This document shows positions 50,731 to 64,000 of a stretch of 64,000 nucleotides of DNA, in pieces. The DNA lies in contig NC_087436.1 of the NCBI RefSeq assembly GCF_036321535.1, forward strand, positions 26,042,001 to 26,106,000. Direction: 5' to 3'. A program made the position numbers and the translations under genes. Below the pieces are notes generated by a model that worked only from the letters and a program-made list of their open reading frames with translations, did no database searches and was not told the DNA's origin. The DNA is from Camelus dromedarius. Its lineage: Eukaryota. How positions within the stretch are numbered: position 1 is the stretch's first letter; the number at the start of each line of letters is the position of its first letter.

Positions 50731-51100
50731 ACAGATGACACTTTACTATAGATTAAACATAACACTCTTAATCTATTATTTTTATACCAAATTCTGACTG
50801 TTATAGTCCGGTTGATGAATGATCATTCTGAATCATCAAATGGTACTGCTGCCTTCTAGCTATCATTGTACAGCAGCATTTGTGCGATTATTTGAATATT
50901 TTATTGCATTTTATGTTATTACTTATAAAATGAGTGGAAAATGGGAAAGTGATAAGAAGCTTACATCTCATAAACTTCATTCCTTTGAGGCAAAGCTAGA
51001 TGTTATTATCATGCTTCAGGCGATGAATCTTAAGATTCATTACATTCATTGTTCTGAAACTAGTTGTTGTTCCATTGTGAAAGAAAATAATAAATGAAGT
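50731..51100 (+). mobile_element. Tigger (Tc1/pogo) transposon 5' relic
   Basis: 'ta|cagatgac' TIR-like start. The ORF segment MSGKWESDKK...KLHSFEAKLDVI...SETSCCSIVKENNK resembles the HTH-psq/CENP-B N-terminus of Tigger transposases. Confidence 0.55.
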
Positions 51101-52999
51101 ACATATATAAAATAATAGAAAGATATGAAGAATATATTGTTTAAAAAGTTAGATTTATTTAGGGAATTTATAATATGAATTTTCTAGGTTTTTAAGACAC
51201 CCAGGAATTGTGAGATGTGCTATCATTTAAAAGTATTTTACAAAGAATGCACAGTGTTGAATTCAAAGTAAAAAAAAATCAATTCAAGATGTACACTGAG
51301 TTTAGAAATGCTGAAATATGAGTCTTAGAATCAGATAAGTACATTATTATTTTTAGTACTGAAAAATGTTTTGTCCAGATTTTTCATATTTTACTCTGGT
51401 AGGCATTTAGAATGTATTATCTATAAAAGTTAAGAAACTAGATCCATTTTCTTTCTATAAGAAAGCTAATTTAAAAGCGAGTAATGCTCAGTAACAACAG
51501 AAAGCATTGGTGTAATGTATATTTATTTTTAAGTTTGTTTATAGATCATAATAACAAAGACATGATTTTTTGTAATATATCTTGACTATCAGACCACATT
51601 TTTGAGTTTAGCTTTAATGGGGGCAAAGATTAAGAGGCAAGAATTAATTTCTTTACACATTATTAGAAATTTATGATTTAGGCCTTCCTGAGTGAAACCC
51701 GTGTTTCTAAGAATAATTATTTACCATATTTTGTATGTCAATTTTATATATGTTGTGTTCCCACAAGAAGCAACAGTAGTAGATAATCTTCAGGGAAAAT
51801 GAAGAATATTTCTTTTTATTTGTTTTTTTCTTCCTATTTATACTAGTAATTTTTTCTTTGCTTTTTGATTTTCATATATTGTCTCTTGCTCATCAAAATT
51901 GCTTCACTATATGCTAATGGCTAGGATTCCACAGTGTATTTCTCAATAAAACTTAACTTTATAAAGCAAAAAGGTATAAAATATTTTGGATCAGACTATC
52001 AAATAGGAATTAGAGAACGATCATGTTTGTTTTTCTTGTTTATAATTGGTTAAAGAGCTTCTTTGGAGATGATGCTTTTAACTATTTTTTCTCTTTGTGA
52101 ATTATCCAATAATCTTCCCTTATGTCAACATTAATGATCATTTTCAAAGTATGAGGATGATGAAAGAGCCATTTATGATATGTTTCTGATTGGTTAAGTA
52201 GGTCATTATACAGAGAATACTGAATTTTGTTTCTGTTTGAAGCATAGAAATGCATATAATAGAGAAGTCTAAGATTGTGAAAAATACGATTATTTAAATT
52301 TGACCATCTGGAGTGTTTTTTTGCCTATTGAACTTTTAAGTATGGCTACCCAACAGACAGTTGGGTCTGGAATTAAAAAGGGAGTTTGAGGGTCATTAAT
52401 ATTTGTGTGAGAAAGGGTATCAGTAGTATATGTTCAATAATTAAGTTTCATATAAAGAAGGAGAAGAATCAAGTACTATAACTATATTCATGGGAAACTA
52501 ATTCCTTTCCTCTTTTTTGTACCCAGTGCAATTGCTTCATTTTTTTTTTAATGTTTTAATGAATAGAAATTCTGACAGCTTCTTAAGCAAGGCAGTACTT
52601 TGAGTTCTGTTGCAATAAAATAAGCTATTCAAGTGTGGAATTTGTGTGAATCAGTCTTTCTGGTTTTGTGAGGTACCGTAGTGTTTTCAAGAATAATAGA
52701 CCTAATTAGATTTAGTGACTCAATAAATAAATGAAACTTTTTTATTTTTTGTAAGCCATCAATCATTTCCTCCTGTTTTAAACTAGAGGTGAGAAAGAAC
52801 TTTCATGCAGAAAAATATCCTACACACTTGACAAATGTCTGAAAAATGCATGCCCTTTAGTCAAAGTAAGTAGATAATTTATTGACTTCTCATTCATTCA
52901 GTAAGAGAAAATAATGTTTTTAGAAAAAAAGTATAAGGAAAGATCCTTTGTTTCCTTAGGTCTTATGAGAAAAATAAAATTAAAAATAAGAAAGATTTG

Positions 53000-53500
53000 A
53001 GTTTTTAATTGCATGTTGTAGCTGAAAGTATCAAACTATACTTAAAAAAAATTAAATGTACTGAAATGAGACAAAAACAAAGCAATTCACCCATTTTCCC
53101 CACCTCTCACCCCACTTCTGGTAACCACCAATCTGTTCTCTGTATCTGTGAGCTTGTTTTTGTTTTTGTTTTTTTAAGATTACACATATAAGAGTGATCA
53201 TATGATCTTTCTGTGTCAGACTTAATTTGCTGAAAATAATGACCTCAGGGTCCATTCATGCTGTTGCAAATGTAATGTAATTATATATATACACACCACA
53301 GCTTCTTTATCCATTCATCCATTGATGGACACTTAGGTTGTTTCTGTATCTTGGCTATTGTGAATAATGTTGCAATGAACATTGGGGTTCATTTATCTTT
53401 TTCAGTTAGTGTTCTTGTTTTCTTGAGATAAATACCCAGGAATGGAATTGCTAGATAGTATGGTAATTCTGTTTTTAATTTTTTTAAAAACCTCCATACT
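53000..53500 (-). mobile_element. Older L1 3' end (L1MA9-like)
   Basis: 'ctggtaaccaccaatctgttctctgtatctgtgag' and 'ccattgatggacacttaggttgtttc'. Confidence 0.88.
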
Positions 53501-56420
53501 GAAATTACAACTGACACAAAAAGCCATAAGAGAATACCATGAACAACTATATGCCAACAAATTGGACAATCTAGAAGAAATGGACAAGTTTCTAGAAACA
53601 TACAGTCTGCCAAAACTGAATCAAGAAGAAATAGATCATTTGGACAGACCAATCACTGGAAGTGAAGTTGACTCAGCAATAAAAAAACCTCCCTGAAAAC
53701 GAAAGTCCAGGACCAGATGGCTTCCCTGGGGAATTCTACCAAGCATACAAAAAAGAATTCATACCAATCCTTCTCAAACTTTTCCAGAAATTTGAATAGG
53801 AGAGAGTACTCCTGAACTCATTCTATTAAGCCACTATCACTGATACAAAAACCAGGTAAAGACGCCACCGCAAAAGAAAATTACAGGTCAATATCACTGA
53901 TGAACAAGATGCAAAAATCCTCAATAAAATATTAGCAAAGAGAATGCAACAACATATTAAAAAAATTCATACACTATGATCAAGTTGGAATCATCCCAAG
54001 GTCATAAATATGTTTCAACATATACAAATCAATGTGATACACCACATCAACAAAAGAATGATCATCTCAATAGATGCAGAAAAAGAATTTGTTAAAATTC
54101 AACACCCATATATGATAAAAAAACTCTTACCAAAGTGAGTATAGAGAGAACACATCTTATTAAAGTTATTTATGACAACACCACAGCCAACATAATACTC
54201 AACAGTGTAAAGTTGAAAGCTTTCCTGCTAAAATCTGGAGCAAGACAAGGATACCCATTCTGACCATTTTTTTTTCAACATCATATTGGAAGTCCTAGCC
54301 ATAGAAACCAGATAAGAAAAAGAAATAATAGAGATCCAAATTGGAAGAGAAGAGGTAAAATTGTCACTATATGCAAGTGACATAATACTATAGATAGAAA
54401 ACCCTAAGGGCTCCACAAAAATCTAATAGAGCTGAGGAAAGAATTATGCAAGGTAGCAGGATACAAGATTAACATACATAAATCAGTTGCATTTCTTTAC
54501 ATTAACAATGAAATATCAGAAAAGGGAAGTAAAGAAACAATCTCTTTTAAAATTGCATCCAAAAAATAAAATACTTACGAATAAATCTGACCGAAGAAGT
54601 GAAAGACTTACATGCAGAGAACTACAAAGCATTGACTAAGGAAATTAAAGATGACTTAAAGAAATAAAAAGATATCCCATGTTTTTGGGTTGGAAGAATT
54701 AATATTGTTAAAATGGCCATACTACACCAAGCAATCTACAGTTTTCATGTGATTCATAACAAGTTGCCCAGGGACATTTTTCACAGAAGTAGAACAGATA
54801 ATCCTAAAATTTACATGGAATCACAGAAGACCCAAAATTTTTAAAGCAATACTGAAGAAAAAGAACAATGCTGGGGAATAACCCTCCCAGACTTCGGACA
54901 ATACTACAGAGCTTACAGTAATCAGAACAGCATGGTATTGGCACAAAAACAGACATATGGATCAGTGAAACAGAATAGAGAGCCCAGAAATAAGCCCACA
55001 GATTTGTAGTCAATTAATCTTTGACAAAGAAGACAAGATTATACAATGGAGAAAAGAAAATCTCATCAGCAAGTGGTGCTGGGAAAACTGGACAGCTGCA
55101 TGTAAATCAATGAAGTTAGAACACTCCCTCACATGATACACAAAAATAAACTGAAAATGGCTTGAAGACTTAAACATAAGACAAGGCACTATAAATCTCC
55201 TAAAGGAAACTTAGGCGAATCATTCTCTGACATAAATCTTAGCAATGTTCCCCTAGGGCAGTCTATGCAGGCAATGGAAATAAAAGCAAAGATAAACAAA
55301 TAGGATCTAATTAAACTTACCAGCTTTTGCACAGCAAAGGAAACCATAGCAAAACAAAAAGACAGCCTACAGAATGGGAGAAAACATATGCAAATTATAC
55401 AATTGACAATGGCTTAATTTCCAGAATATGTAAACAGTTCATACAACTTAATAATAATAAAAAAAATTCAATCCAATAATGGACAGAAGAGTTAAACAAG
55501 CAATTCTCCAGTAAAGACAAGCAAATGGCCAATGGGCACATGAAAAATGCTCAATATCACTATCAGAGAAATGCAAATCAAAACTACAATGAGGTATCAC
55601 CTTATAGCACTCAGAATGACCATCATTCAAAAGTCCACAAATGGTAAGTACTAGAGAGGGTATGGAGAAAAGGGAACCCTCCTACACTGTTGGTGGGCAT
55701 GTAGTTGGTGCAGCCATTATGGAAAACTGTATGGCTATTCCTCAAAAAACTAAATATAGACTTACCATCTGATCCACCAATTCCACTCCTGAACATATAT
55801 CCAGAGGACACTCTAATTCAAAAAGATGCATACACCCCAGTGTTCATAGCAGTGTTCTTTACAATAGCCAAGACATGGAAACAACCTAAATGTCCATCAG
55901 CAGATGACTGGATAAGGAAGCTGTGATATATTTACACGGAATACTACTCAGCCAATAAAAGGAATAAAATAATGCCATTTGTAGCAACATGGATGGACCT
56001 GGAGATCGTCATTTAAGTGAAGTAAGCCAGAAAGAGAAACTAAAATACCATATGATATCATTCATATGTGGAATTAAAAAAAAGGAAAAGACACCAATGA
56101 ACTTATTTACAAAACCGAAATAGATCATAGACATAGAAAACAAACTTACGGTTACAAGTGGGGAAAGGAGTGGGGAGGGATAAATTGGATTTTTGAGATT
56201 TGCATGTACTAATTACTGTGTATAAAATAGATAAACAACAAGTTTCTTCTGTATAGCACAGGGAACTATAGTCAATATAGTAACATACAATGAAAAAGAA
56301 TATGAAAATGAATATATGTATGCAGATGACTGAAACATTATAATGTACACCAGAAATTGACAAAACATTGTAAACTGCCTATACTTCAATTTAAAAAAAT
56401 GAAATAAATTTAAAAAAAAC
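53501..56420 (+). mobile_element. 5'-truncated LINE-1 (~2.9 kb), camelid-type 3' end, ORF2 disrupted
   Basis: [37 protein letters not shown] (mutated YADD), TIAKTWKQPKCPS; 3' UTR 'gtatagcacagggaacta...gactgaaacatt...acaccagaaattgac' and an A-rich tail. Confidence 0.95.
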
Positions 56421-58739
56421 CAAAAAATGAATTTCTTCTTTATTTTTTCATAATGACTTGTTTACTATTTTCCTGTAGCTCTTTTTTGATCTAAATTTCA
56501 TGACTATACACGTGTCTAATCATTTTGGGATAAATAATCAAGGACATACGTTGATTGTTAAAATGTATACAGACTTTGCGTATAATAGATACTCAACAAT
56601 TTGTTTGCTGCTTAGATTTAATAAAAATTATAAAACTTTGGATATGAATTGCTTGATGATTTTCCTTCAGTTAAGTTTCCAGTTCAAATAAATGACGTGA
56701 GTGTTCAAAAATATCTTACCTACTTTCTTATGTCCCGTGGTTTTAGATCTCAATTGTAGTTCAATATTCTATACTAATGTAAAGGTATGTCTTAGTTTTG
56801 CATTTTCATTAGTCTCCTGTATACATTTACAATATAGAAAAAAGACAGAACATCTATTTCCCTTGACTGTGACTGTGTATTACTGCAGGTAATTTGGTGT
56901 TCATTTTCATGTAGTTGACTATTGCTCTTGACTTGCTCAGCAAGCACTATTTATGACTAGGCCAAACCTAAAAAGCAAAACGTTCCCCAGACTCTTAAGT
57001 CCTATAAAAAATGTCTTTGTAAATTTGTGATGTATAATTTCAAGAATTATATCCATAACAAACAAATAATGATATTGTATATATGAGAAAAACAGTTCCT
57101 TATAGTTTACTTTCATTTTTTATTTGGATCTTGGCTTTTTAAAAATAGTTGGATTTACTGATATTTATTTTTCCCCTGAGAATAAATTTGACTCCACAGT
57201 TTGTTCAAATAACACATACTCTGGTCTTAATTTAGTTACTTGAGGAAAAATAAGCTGGGAGATGGACTAAGAAACACATTATTAGTATATTTTTATGCCA
57301 ACCAGCATTGGGGAGCAATAAGCTATTTCTTTTCTTATTTCTGAAATCAGTTGTCCTATACTTGGCAGTATCTGAAAAAGCTTACGTTAATAATTCAAAT
57401 AATAAAAATATAGTAAAAGATAAAGGGAAAATGAGAGGGAGAAAAAAAGGTGAAAATGCATCTGATAGTTTATTAAGATTAAAACATTTATTTCTACTGT
57501 ATCTCTGTGTTTATTTTTTGAAGCCTGAAACATGTATCTACTTGAATAAGCAATATGCCTGGAGAGAGAATAAAATATAGTATTTACCGTATTACTGCTC
57601 TTTCCATCCTTAAAACTTTAGGATTTTATAAACTTACTATATACAGTTGCATTTCCAAGTTTTTATAATACATGCAAAATATGTTTGTTTTATTAAGAAT
57701 AGTTAAGAATTATATGCATAATACCCTAGGTTATTTCATCATAAACCAGATTTTGATTATGTAATGTCAGAATCTTTCCATATTTGAGGAAATTGCAGCT
57801 TTTTTACACTTCCATTAATGTATGCTTGCAAAAGCAAGCACCCCAACCCCCTCATCACCACCTTCAATAAGCAACATGGGGATAGTGAATCAGAAATAAT
57901 TATGCTCTGTTTTCTTCTGAAATTCAACCCATGAATCAGTTAATTTATATGGAGATCTGCTAAGCTCACCATACCATTTGTAATTCTTAATCCTTTCTTT
58001 TATTAGCTATACTTAGAAAATTATACCATTGTTTTCCTACAAGCCTCAAGTCTCAACTAATTTGTGTAGTCAAAAATATTTTCAAGTGGCTTTTCTTTCT
58101 AACTAAAGAATTATTCATACTGCGTGTCTCAGTTTGACTGAATGATTCTCATTATTTGTACATGTGTGCTTTATTCTGTTGATAGGAATAAACACTCAGG
58201 AAGCACAGTATTAACAGGACTTAAGGTTTATTGTACTTGTCAGTGGTTCTTGGCCTTTATTTATCCTTTCATCAATTCTGTTGCCTATCCCCAATGGCAG
58301 GAGTTTTGTTTTGTTTTTTTCTTTTTCTCAGTGCTAGTTACTTATTAACATTATTTTTTATAAGGACAAGGTAGATTTATTACTAAAGGGAGAAAGAGAG
58401 TCTGTCTCCTAAACTCTAGAATTCTGGGAATTGATCTGACAGTTGGACAACTTTTTCAGCATTATATGGTGACAATAGAAAGTATATTTGAAACACAAAA
58501 TTATGCCCATCAATTATTAATCTGTATGCTTCCTTCCCCCTCACACACTGAGTATCTAACATTCAAATTTTATTTTCATCAGTATTTGTGAAAGGCTACA
58601 TTTACAGAATTTTGTTTTCTTTTTGAATTCTAATTGTATAAAACCTCTTACAATACCATGTATCATTTTTATTGTGTTCATTATGCCATAGATTTGAAGG
58701 AATTTTAAGTTCTGATTCTCAGTAAAGCAATGGAATAAT

Positions 58740-60260
58740 ACACATTAAGAAGGTCAGACTGTAAAGGTGGATATTCAAAAAGAGGATGTAAGTGAACCAT
58801 CCAGTTCTCCAGGGGAACATGCCTAGTCAGCTCAAGAAAGGAAGCCCTATGACTGGAGAAACATAGTCAAGTAGACATTAGTAGGAGATGAGGTCAAAAA
58901 GGTAACTGGGATTCAGTTTTTGTAAGCTTTAGAGCATTGTAAAATCATTTGGCTTTATTAAGTCACATAGGAAGACAGTGAGTTTTGAGTAGGTATATGA
59001 CATGCATTAAATTATAGTTTTTCCAAATCATTATAGATTATGAACACTTTGATGAGAGTAAATTGTGGACCAATTAGGATATTGCTTCAAAATATGGCAG
59101 TAATCCAGATGAGAGATGATGGTGGCTTTTAGTAGTAGAAGTGATCGTAAGTGATTTGATTCTTGTTGGTTCTGAAAGACTTGCAGATAGATTTGATATG
59201 GGGTGTGGAAAAAATAGAAGTATCAAAGATAAATTCAAGGATTTTGGCTTAATCAATTAGAAGAATGAAATTGCCATTTGTGTAAGGGGGAAAGCTGTGA
59301 GGGGAGGTTGCCTCTGGTAAAGATTCAGATTTGAACATGTTAAGTTTAATTTGCCTGTTAGTTAACTATGAAGGTATGTAGGTATAGAAGGCTGGCTTTT
59401 AAATGTATGTGGCTGGAGTTGAGGGGAAAATATGTGAAGTTATAAATTTTGAAGTTGTCTGCATAGAAATTCTATTTAAAGCCCTGGAACTGGATGAGAT
59501 CACTCAAGGAGGCAGTTCATATAAAAACAAACAAACAAATAAACAGAGAGAAAGAAAGAAATTGAAATCTGGAACATTCCAATATTAACTGTTAGGAAAG
59601 AACCAGCCAAGGAGACCAAAAAGGAGTGACTGGCGATAACGGAGGAGACCTAGGACAGTGCTGTGGTCAGAAGAAATCAACAACAGTTAAGGAGAAGGTT
59701 AGAGAATGCTTACACAGCAAGTAGGTTGCTGACAGAAAACAGACTCTTAGACTTAGCAATCTTTGTAGTCTCTGAAGATTTGTAAAAGTATTACACACAT
59801 ACGCACAAAGAATTTTTGGTGGAAGTATGGTTAACTGAAGCTATTACAATGGTCTCAAAGGAAAATAGGAGAAAAGGCAATTAGAGACTGTGAGTATGAG
59901 TAACACTTTATAGCAAGTTGCCATAAAGGGGAAAGAGAAAGTCAGGTCAAGAGAAGTGGTTTTTTTCTTAACATATAAGAAAAATGATGACATGTTTGAA
60001 TATTCATGAAAATTACTAATAGGTGAAAAGTTGAAACAACACAAAGAAGCATGAATCACTGTTCCAGTGTTCTTTAGCAGGCAAGGAAGGATGGAATCTG
60101 GAGGAAAGGGGAGTATTAAGAGCGCAGAGTTGATTCACATCAACAGAAGGGTGATCAGAAGTATGTGGGTATATAAAGATGGGAGATGGGTATATAAAGT
60201 GATGGGATTTCATGGCAGATTTATTTTCTTCTGCTTTGATTTTGTCAGTATATGAAAAAG
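58740..60260 (-). mobile_element. Long L2 fragment
   Basis: 'gtaggagatgaggtca', 'gcagtaatccagatgagagatgatggtggctt', 'tttgaacatgttaagttt' and 'tttaaagccctggaactggatgagatcac' are L2 motifs on the reverse strand. Confidence 0.85.
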
Positions 60261-60379
60261 TGTGTGCATTTGTGTATTCCTATACTTGAGATGTTCTTAC
60301 CTGCTCAGCTGATTAATATTGGTGATGTAATGAATGTCTGGAAGGAGTTTAAAATCATCTAAAATAAATACATCAGGTA

Positions 60380-60805
60380 AACTTCTTGAGGAGCTTCTGT
60401 ATCTGTGTTGCTGGTTGAGATAGCTGATGCAGGGATGGGCTGACATTGAGGCTAACAAAGGGTAAATGTTGGGGCTGCTCCCTTGCATAGGTCCTTTCTA
60501 AGACTGTGGGAGTGGCTCTAGGAATTTTACTTATAAGTTTTATTTCTTTTTTTTCCTTAAAGAGAAGTTTACCTAAAGCAGCTATGAACTTCCATCTGCC
60601 CATGCATCTCCCTATAACTGACTTGGGAGAATAATGGTCTAAGCCTTTTCTGCCTTATAAATCTTGAGCAAGTGCTTCTCAGTGACAGATTCCAACCTGG
60701 GACCTGAAACTATACAGAAAAGAGATTCTGGGAAATGTAGTTCTTTTACCTTTGAAGAGGCTAAGGATGGTGCTGAGTTGACAAGGAACTATACAGCATA
60801 GCACC
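60380..60805 (-). mobile_element. Old MaLR/ERVL LTR fragment (MLT1M/N-like)
   Basis: 'gagattctgggaaatgtagttc...gatggtgctgagttgacaa' resembles old MLT1 LTR starts on the reverse strand. Confidence 0.5.
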
Positions 60806-61077
60806 CTATGGCAGAAAATGCAATTAATTGTCTAAGGAGACTGGAACTTTAAGCCATTCGAGGGACTGGGGCTTAAAGGAAGGAGGTGTTTATATATTAA
60901 CATACCTGAAAGTGGAAAACAGTGGATTATTAAGGAAAACCTGATTGATGATAAAGTAAACAGAAGGGTAATGGTCAGTTTGAAATTTAAAAAGCAAAGA
61001 AGTAAGAGAGCAAAGGTTTTTCAGGGTGTCTTTAGCCATATTCAGGGAAGAGGGTACCCTGATTTTAAGACTCTGGT

Positions 61078-61190
61078 ATTCATTAATAATTCATTCAACA
61101 CATTTATTGATCATTCACAGTAGGTACTAAGAATACAATTTAATACAAGACAGGAATGGCCCCTCTGTTCAGAGGACTTATGGTCTAAAC
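61078..61190 (-). mobile_element. L2 3' end
   Basis: 'ttcattcaaacatttattga...caagacaggaatggcccct...gacttatggtcta'. Confidence 0.75.
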
Positions 61191-61517
61191 CAGCACTATC
61201 TAATTGAAATGCAATTCTAGCCCCAAATATGAGCTATATATGTAATTTTAAATTTTCTAGCAGCTGCAATAAAAAAGTAAAAAGAAACATAAAATTAATT
61301 TTGACAATTTTACTTAACCCAGTATATCCAAAATATGTATTATCAGTTCAACACTTAATTGATATAAAGTTATTAATGATATATTTTACATTCTTCTTGT
61401 TTCATACTGTCTTCAGATTCTCTTGTGTTACTTCACACTTACAGCGCATGCCAGTTTGAACTCGCCACAATGAAAGTGCCCAGTGTGGTTAGTGGCTACA
61501 ACACTGAGTAGTATAAG
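61191..61517. mobile_element. MER33-like hAT-Charlie MITE
   Basis: About 325 bp; 'atgtaattttaaattttctagcagc...aaaaagtaaaaagaaac', 'aacccagtatatccaaaatat' and 'gtggttagtggctac'. Confidence 0.85.
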
Positions 61518-64000
61518 TCTTCTTGCAGCTAGAGGTTTAGCCAGAATAATTCTTCAAGACCTCATTGTGGAAAAAAGTTTTGAACCTGAAATCTGGACCA
61601 CACATCAAGTTGTGTTGATCCATCAAGATAATGCTATTTGTTAGGCTGTCTTGAGCTTCCTTTATGACTTATAATATCCAAAGAATGTATATGACCCATA
61701 ATTCCTTAACTCAGTAACTGTATACTGCTGTTACTGATGACTAGTGTATGTAAATAAAGTTAATTTACAGTATCTATTCCATGCCACGACTTCCTTTGCA
61801 AGCATACACTCTAATTTTAACATACATTAGCATGTCGCACTAAAGACATATCATGGGCTTTCTTCTTTTTCACTAAGAGAAGTAAGAGTAGAGTGGGGGA
61901 TTGACTATGACTTATCCCTTCCCTATGGGAAGCTGGGTTTGAAGTTAAGAAAATGCTACATTTTTGTGCCAGCAATTGTTAAGAGGAGGAAAAAAGCTAT
62001 TACTGAGAAATTTAAAAAGCAGGCCAAAAAACCTGACTAGTTCAGCATTTGTTGATTTTATATAAAAGTTTCATATTTGAAAAGAAAAAATATATACCAT
62101 AATTTGGTTATAATGAAACAGTTATTGAGATTTTTTAGTGATCTGTTTCTTGTGTATTTATAAAATTATTTAGTTGCTAAATTGCTAAAAATTGCTTAAA
62201 ATCTCAAAACATATAAATGTGCATTATTTGCTCTACTTCTTTAATTTATTGTGACAATTGAGGACAGATGCTTATCAAAATACATGGAACACTGATGAGT
62301 GTTGTGTTCTAACGTTGTCATTCATATATGCCACAATTGAAAATAAAATGAAAGCTATTTTTGAAAAATGTCTGTCATCTCAAACACAGAAGAAAATGGG
62401 GTGGATACATACAAAGACAAATAAAAAATACATGTAATTATTTTTATTTTATCTATCCAGTCATCTCTCTAAACATCTATTGGCTATTTACTAACCCCTC
62501 TCCAACCCCTATCTCTTGCTCCTGTTCATTTTCATTAGAAAATTTAAAAGCCTGGGGCATTTTAACCAGGATAATTTGTGTGTATGTGTGGGTGAGGTAG
62601 GGGATGTAGATAGTCTTTTCAAATTATTAATTTTCTGTAGTAAACTTAAGAATTTGTTTAAATTTCTTTGTGAGTGTATATATATGAAGATTGCAAGGTT
62701 ACAGCTAACTGCCATTTGCGTTTCCTTAGTAATGCTCATGATCTATAATAGAAACTATTTTAGTATGTGAAGGACATAGAAAAATGCAAGTGTTTATAAA
62801 TTAAAGAAAGAAATGAGAGCCAGAAGACTGGGAAATTGTATAAAGATTAATAATACCATTGGAAATCCAATTTGCCTGCAAAGAAAATCATATTTTCTGG
62901 GAGAAATATTAATATCAGAGATGTCTAAATGGGTTATTTAAAAATTAGATTTCAAAGGATGGAAGAGTAAGAACAAAAACAAAATCAAACAAATAGGACT
63001 AACATTGTAGACTGATGATTGATTGCCACCTACTTAAATACCTTTCGACAGAGGTAAAATATAAAGCATTATTCAGAGTTCTATCTTTTGAAAGAATTTG
63101 TGGAGTTCATTAGGTATATTTTACTCAAATTGGCCCAGAGATATTTAAGTTACACTGTGGTGCCAGATAATGGACATCAGAATAAAGAAGAATATGGATT
63201 CACATACAGAGTCTCAAATTCTGGCTCTGCAGGAATGCAGTGGTAGAGTTCATTTTTATGGAAAAGATTATTGAAATACAGACTATCTACCTTTTCATTT
63301 GATTTCATTCCTTTTAAAATGTTAGCATATTTTCAGGAAAATTTATGTAGGTATTGCATGAATTCTGTCTCAACGTTTCCATATATTGTAAATACATAAA
63401 AATGGTATCCACATTCATGTTATGACAACTCTGCAGCAATTTTTAGAAACTGGACAGATTATGTTTTTCTTTTTATAATTTCTAAATTACAAAATTTAGA
63501 AATCTCTCCTCAAATATATTTTTAGGGAATGAATTTATCATAGGCATTTTTAAATGCATGGTCGAATTTTATTTATACGTATTAGTGTAAGCTCTTATTT
63601 TTAAATCAGTTTCATCTGAGAATGGCAAAACAAATTTCTGAAACCTTGTTTAAAAATTATCTAGTAGGTCCTCAGCTGGCTTTGAAATCTGCTCAAGAAT
63701 AGAACAGTAAAGATGCTTTTCCACAGCTAAACAGCAAACAGGTCTGCTTCTTCTACCATGTCTCAGTTTATATGGCATTATTTTCCAGGAAGGTCTTTGA
63801 TCTTTAGTTATACTTATTCATCTTCTACCCGTATTTTAAGGCCAAAATCAAAACTTTTGGTCACTGCTTGAGATTTAGAGTTATGGTGAAGATTTTTCTA
63901 ACTTAGTTAACTTTTTCTGAGAAATTTGATTCCATTTGTAGTTTGGCATGTTAGTCTTTTTAGGCTCCATACTTAGATTTTAAACTCCTTGAAGTCAATA

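Noticed and set aside
53000..56420. Head-to-head L1 pieces resembling one 5'-inverted L1, with chimeric ORF 53442-53696
   Set aside because: The minus piece is a 3' UTR of a different, older subfamily rather than upstream ORF2 sequence, and I found no shared TSD. These are two independent insertions.
1..64000. CRISPR arrays, tRNA/rRNA/snRNA genes, CpG-island promoter, NUMT or prokaryotic-type systems
   Set aside because: No regularly spaced repeats, RNA gene signatures, CpG island or gene-dense segment were seen; the sequence is typical repeat-rich mammalian DNA.

Overview
AT-rich, CpG-depleted eutherian genomic DNA, intergenic or deep intronic and dominated by transposable elements. The younger L1 3' ends and the absence of Alu, B1/B2, Bov-A, PRE1 or CAN SINEs suggest a cetartiodactyl, probably a camelid (inference). 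I cannot support any intact protein-coding gene, RNA gene or CRISPR array. The ORF track consists of L1/ERV fragments, antisense-L1 ORFs or noise. Main elements: a near full-length L1 (-, 17.7-23.8 kb), a deleted L1 (-, 24.5-27.7 kb) and a 5'-truncated L1 (+, 53.5-56.4 kb). There is also an ERV1 provirus remnant with integrase and env-TM relics and a nested solo LTR (35.0-40.8 kb), an ERVL remnant with a dUTPase relic (9.0-10.3 kb), many MaLR LTRs, L2/MIR, MER5/MER33 and a Tigger relic. Notable structures: a MaLR locus whose host flank is duplicated in front of both LTRs, a twin-primed L1 with a perfect TSD, a nested MER5/L1/LTR/L1 stack, a triplicated RT active-site segment, a very old LINE RT relic and a few unverified candidate exons. 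I did not find a convincing new biological system. Repeat family names come from recall of consensus sequences, not from a database search.
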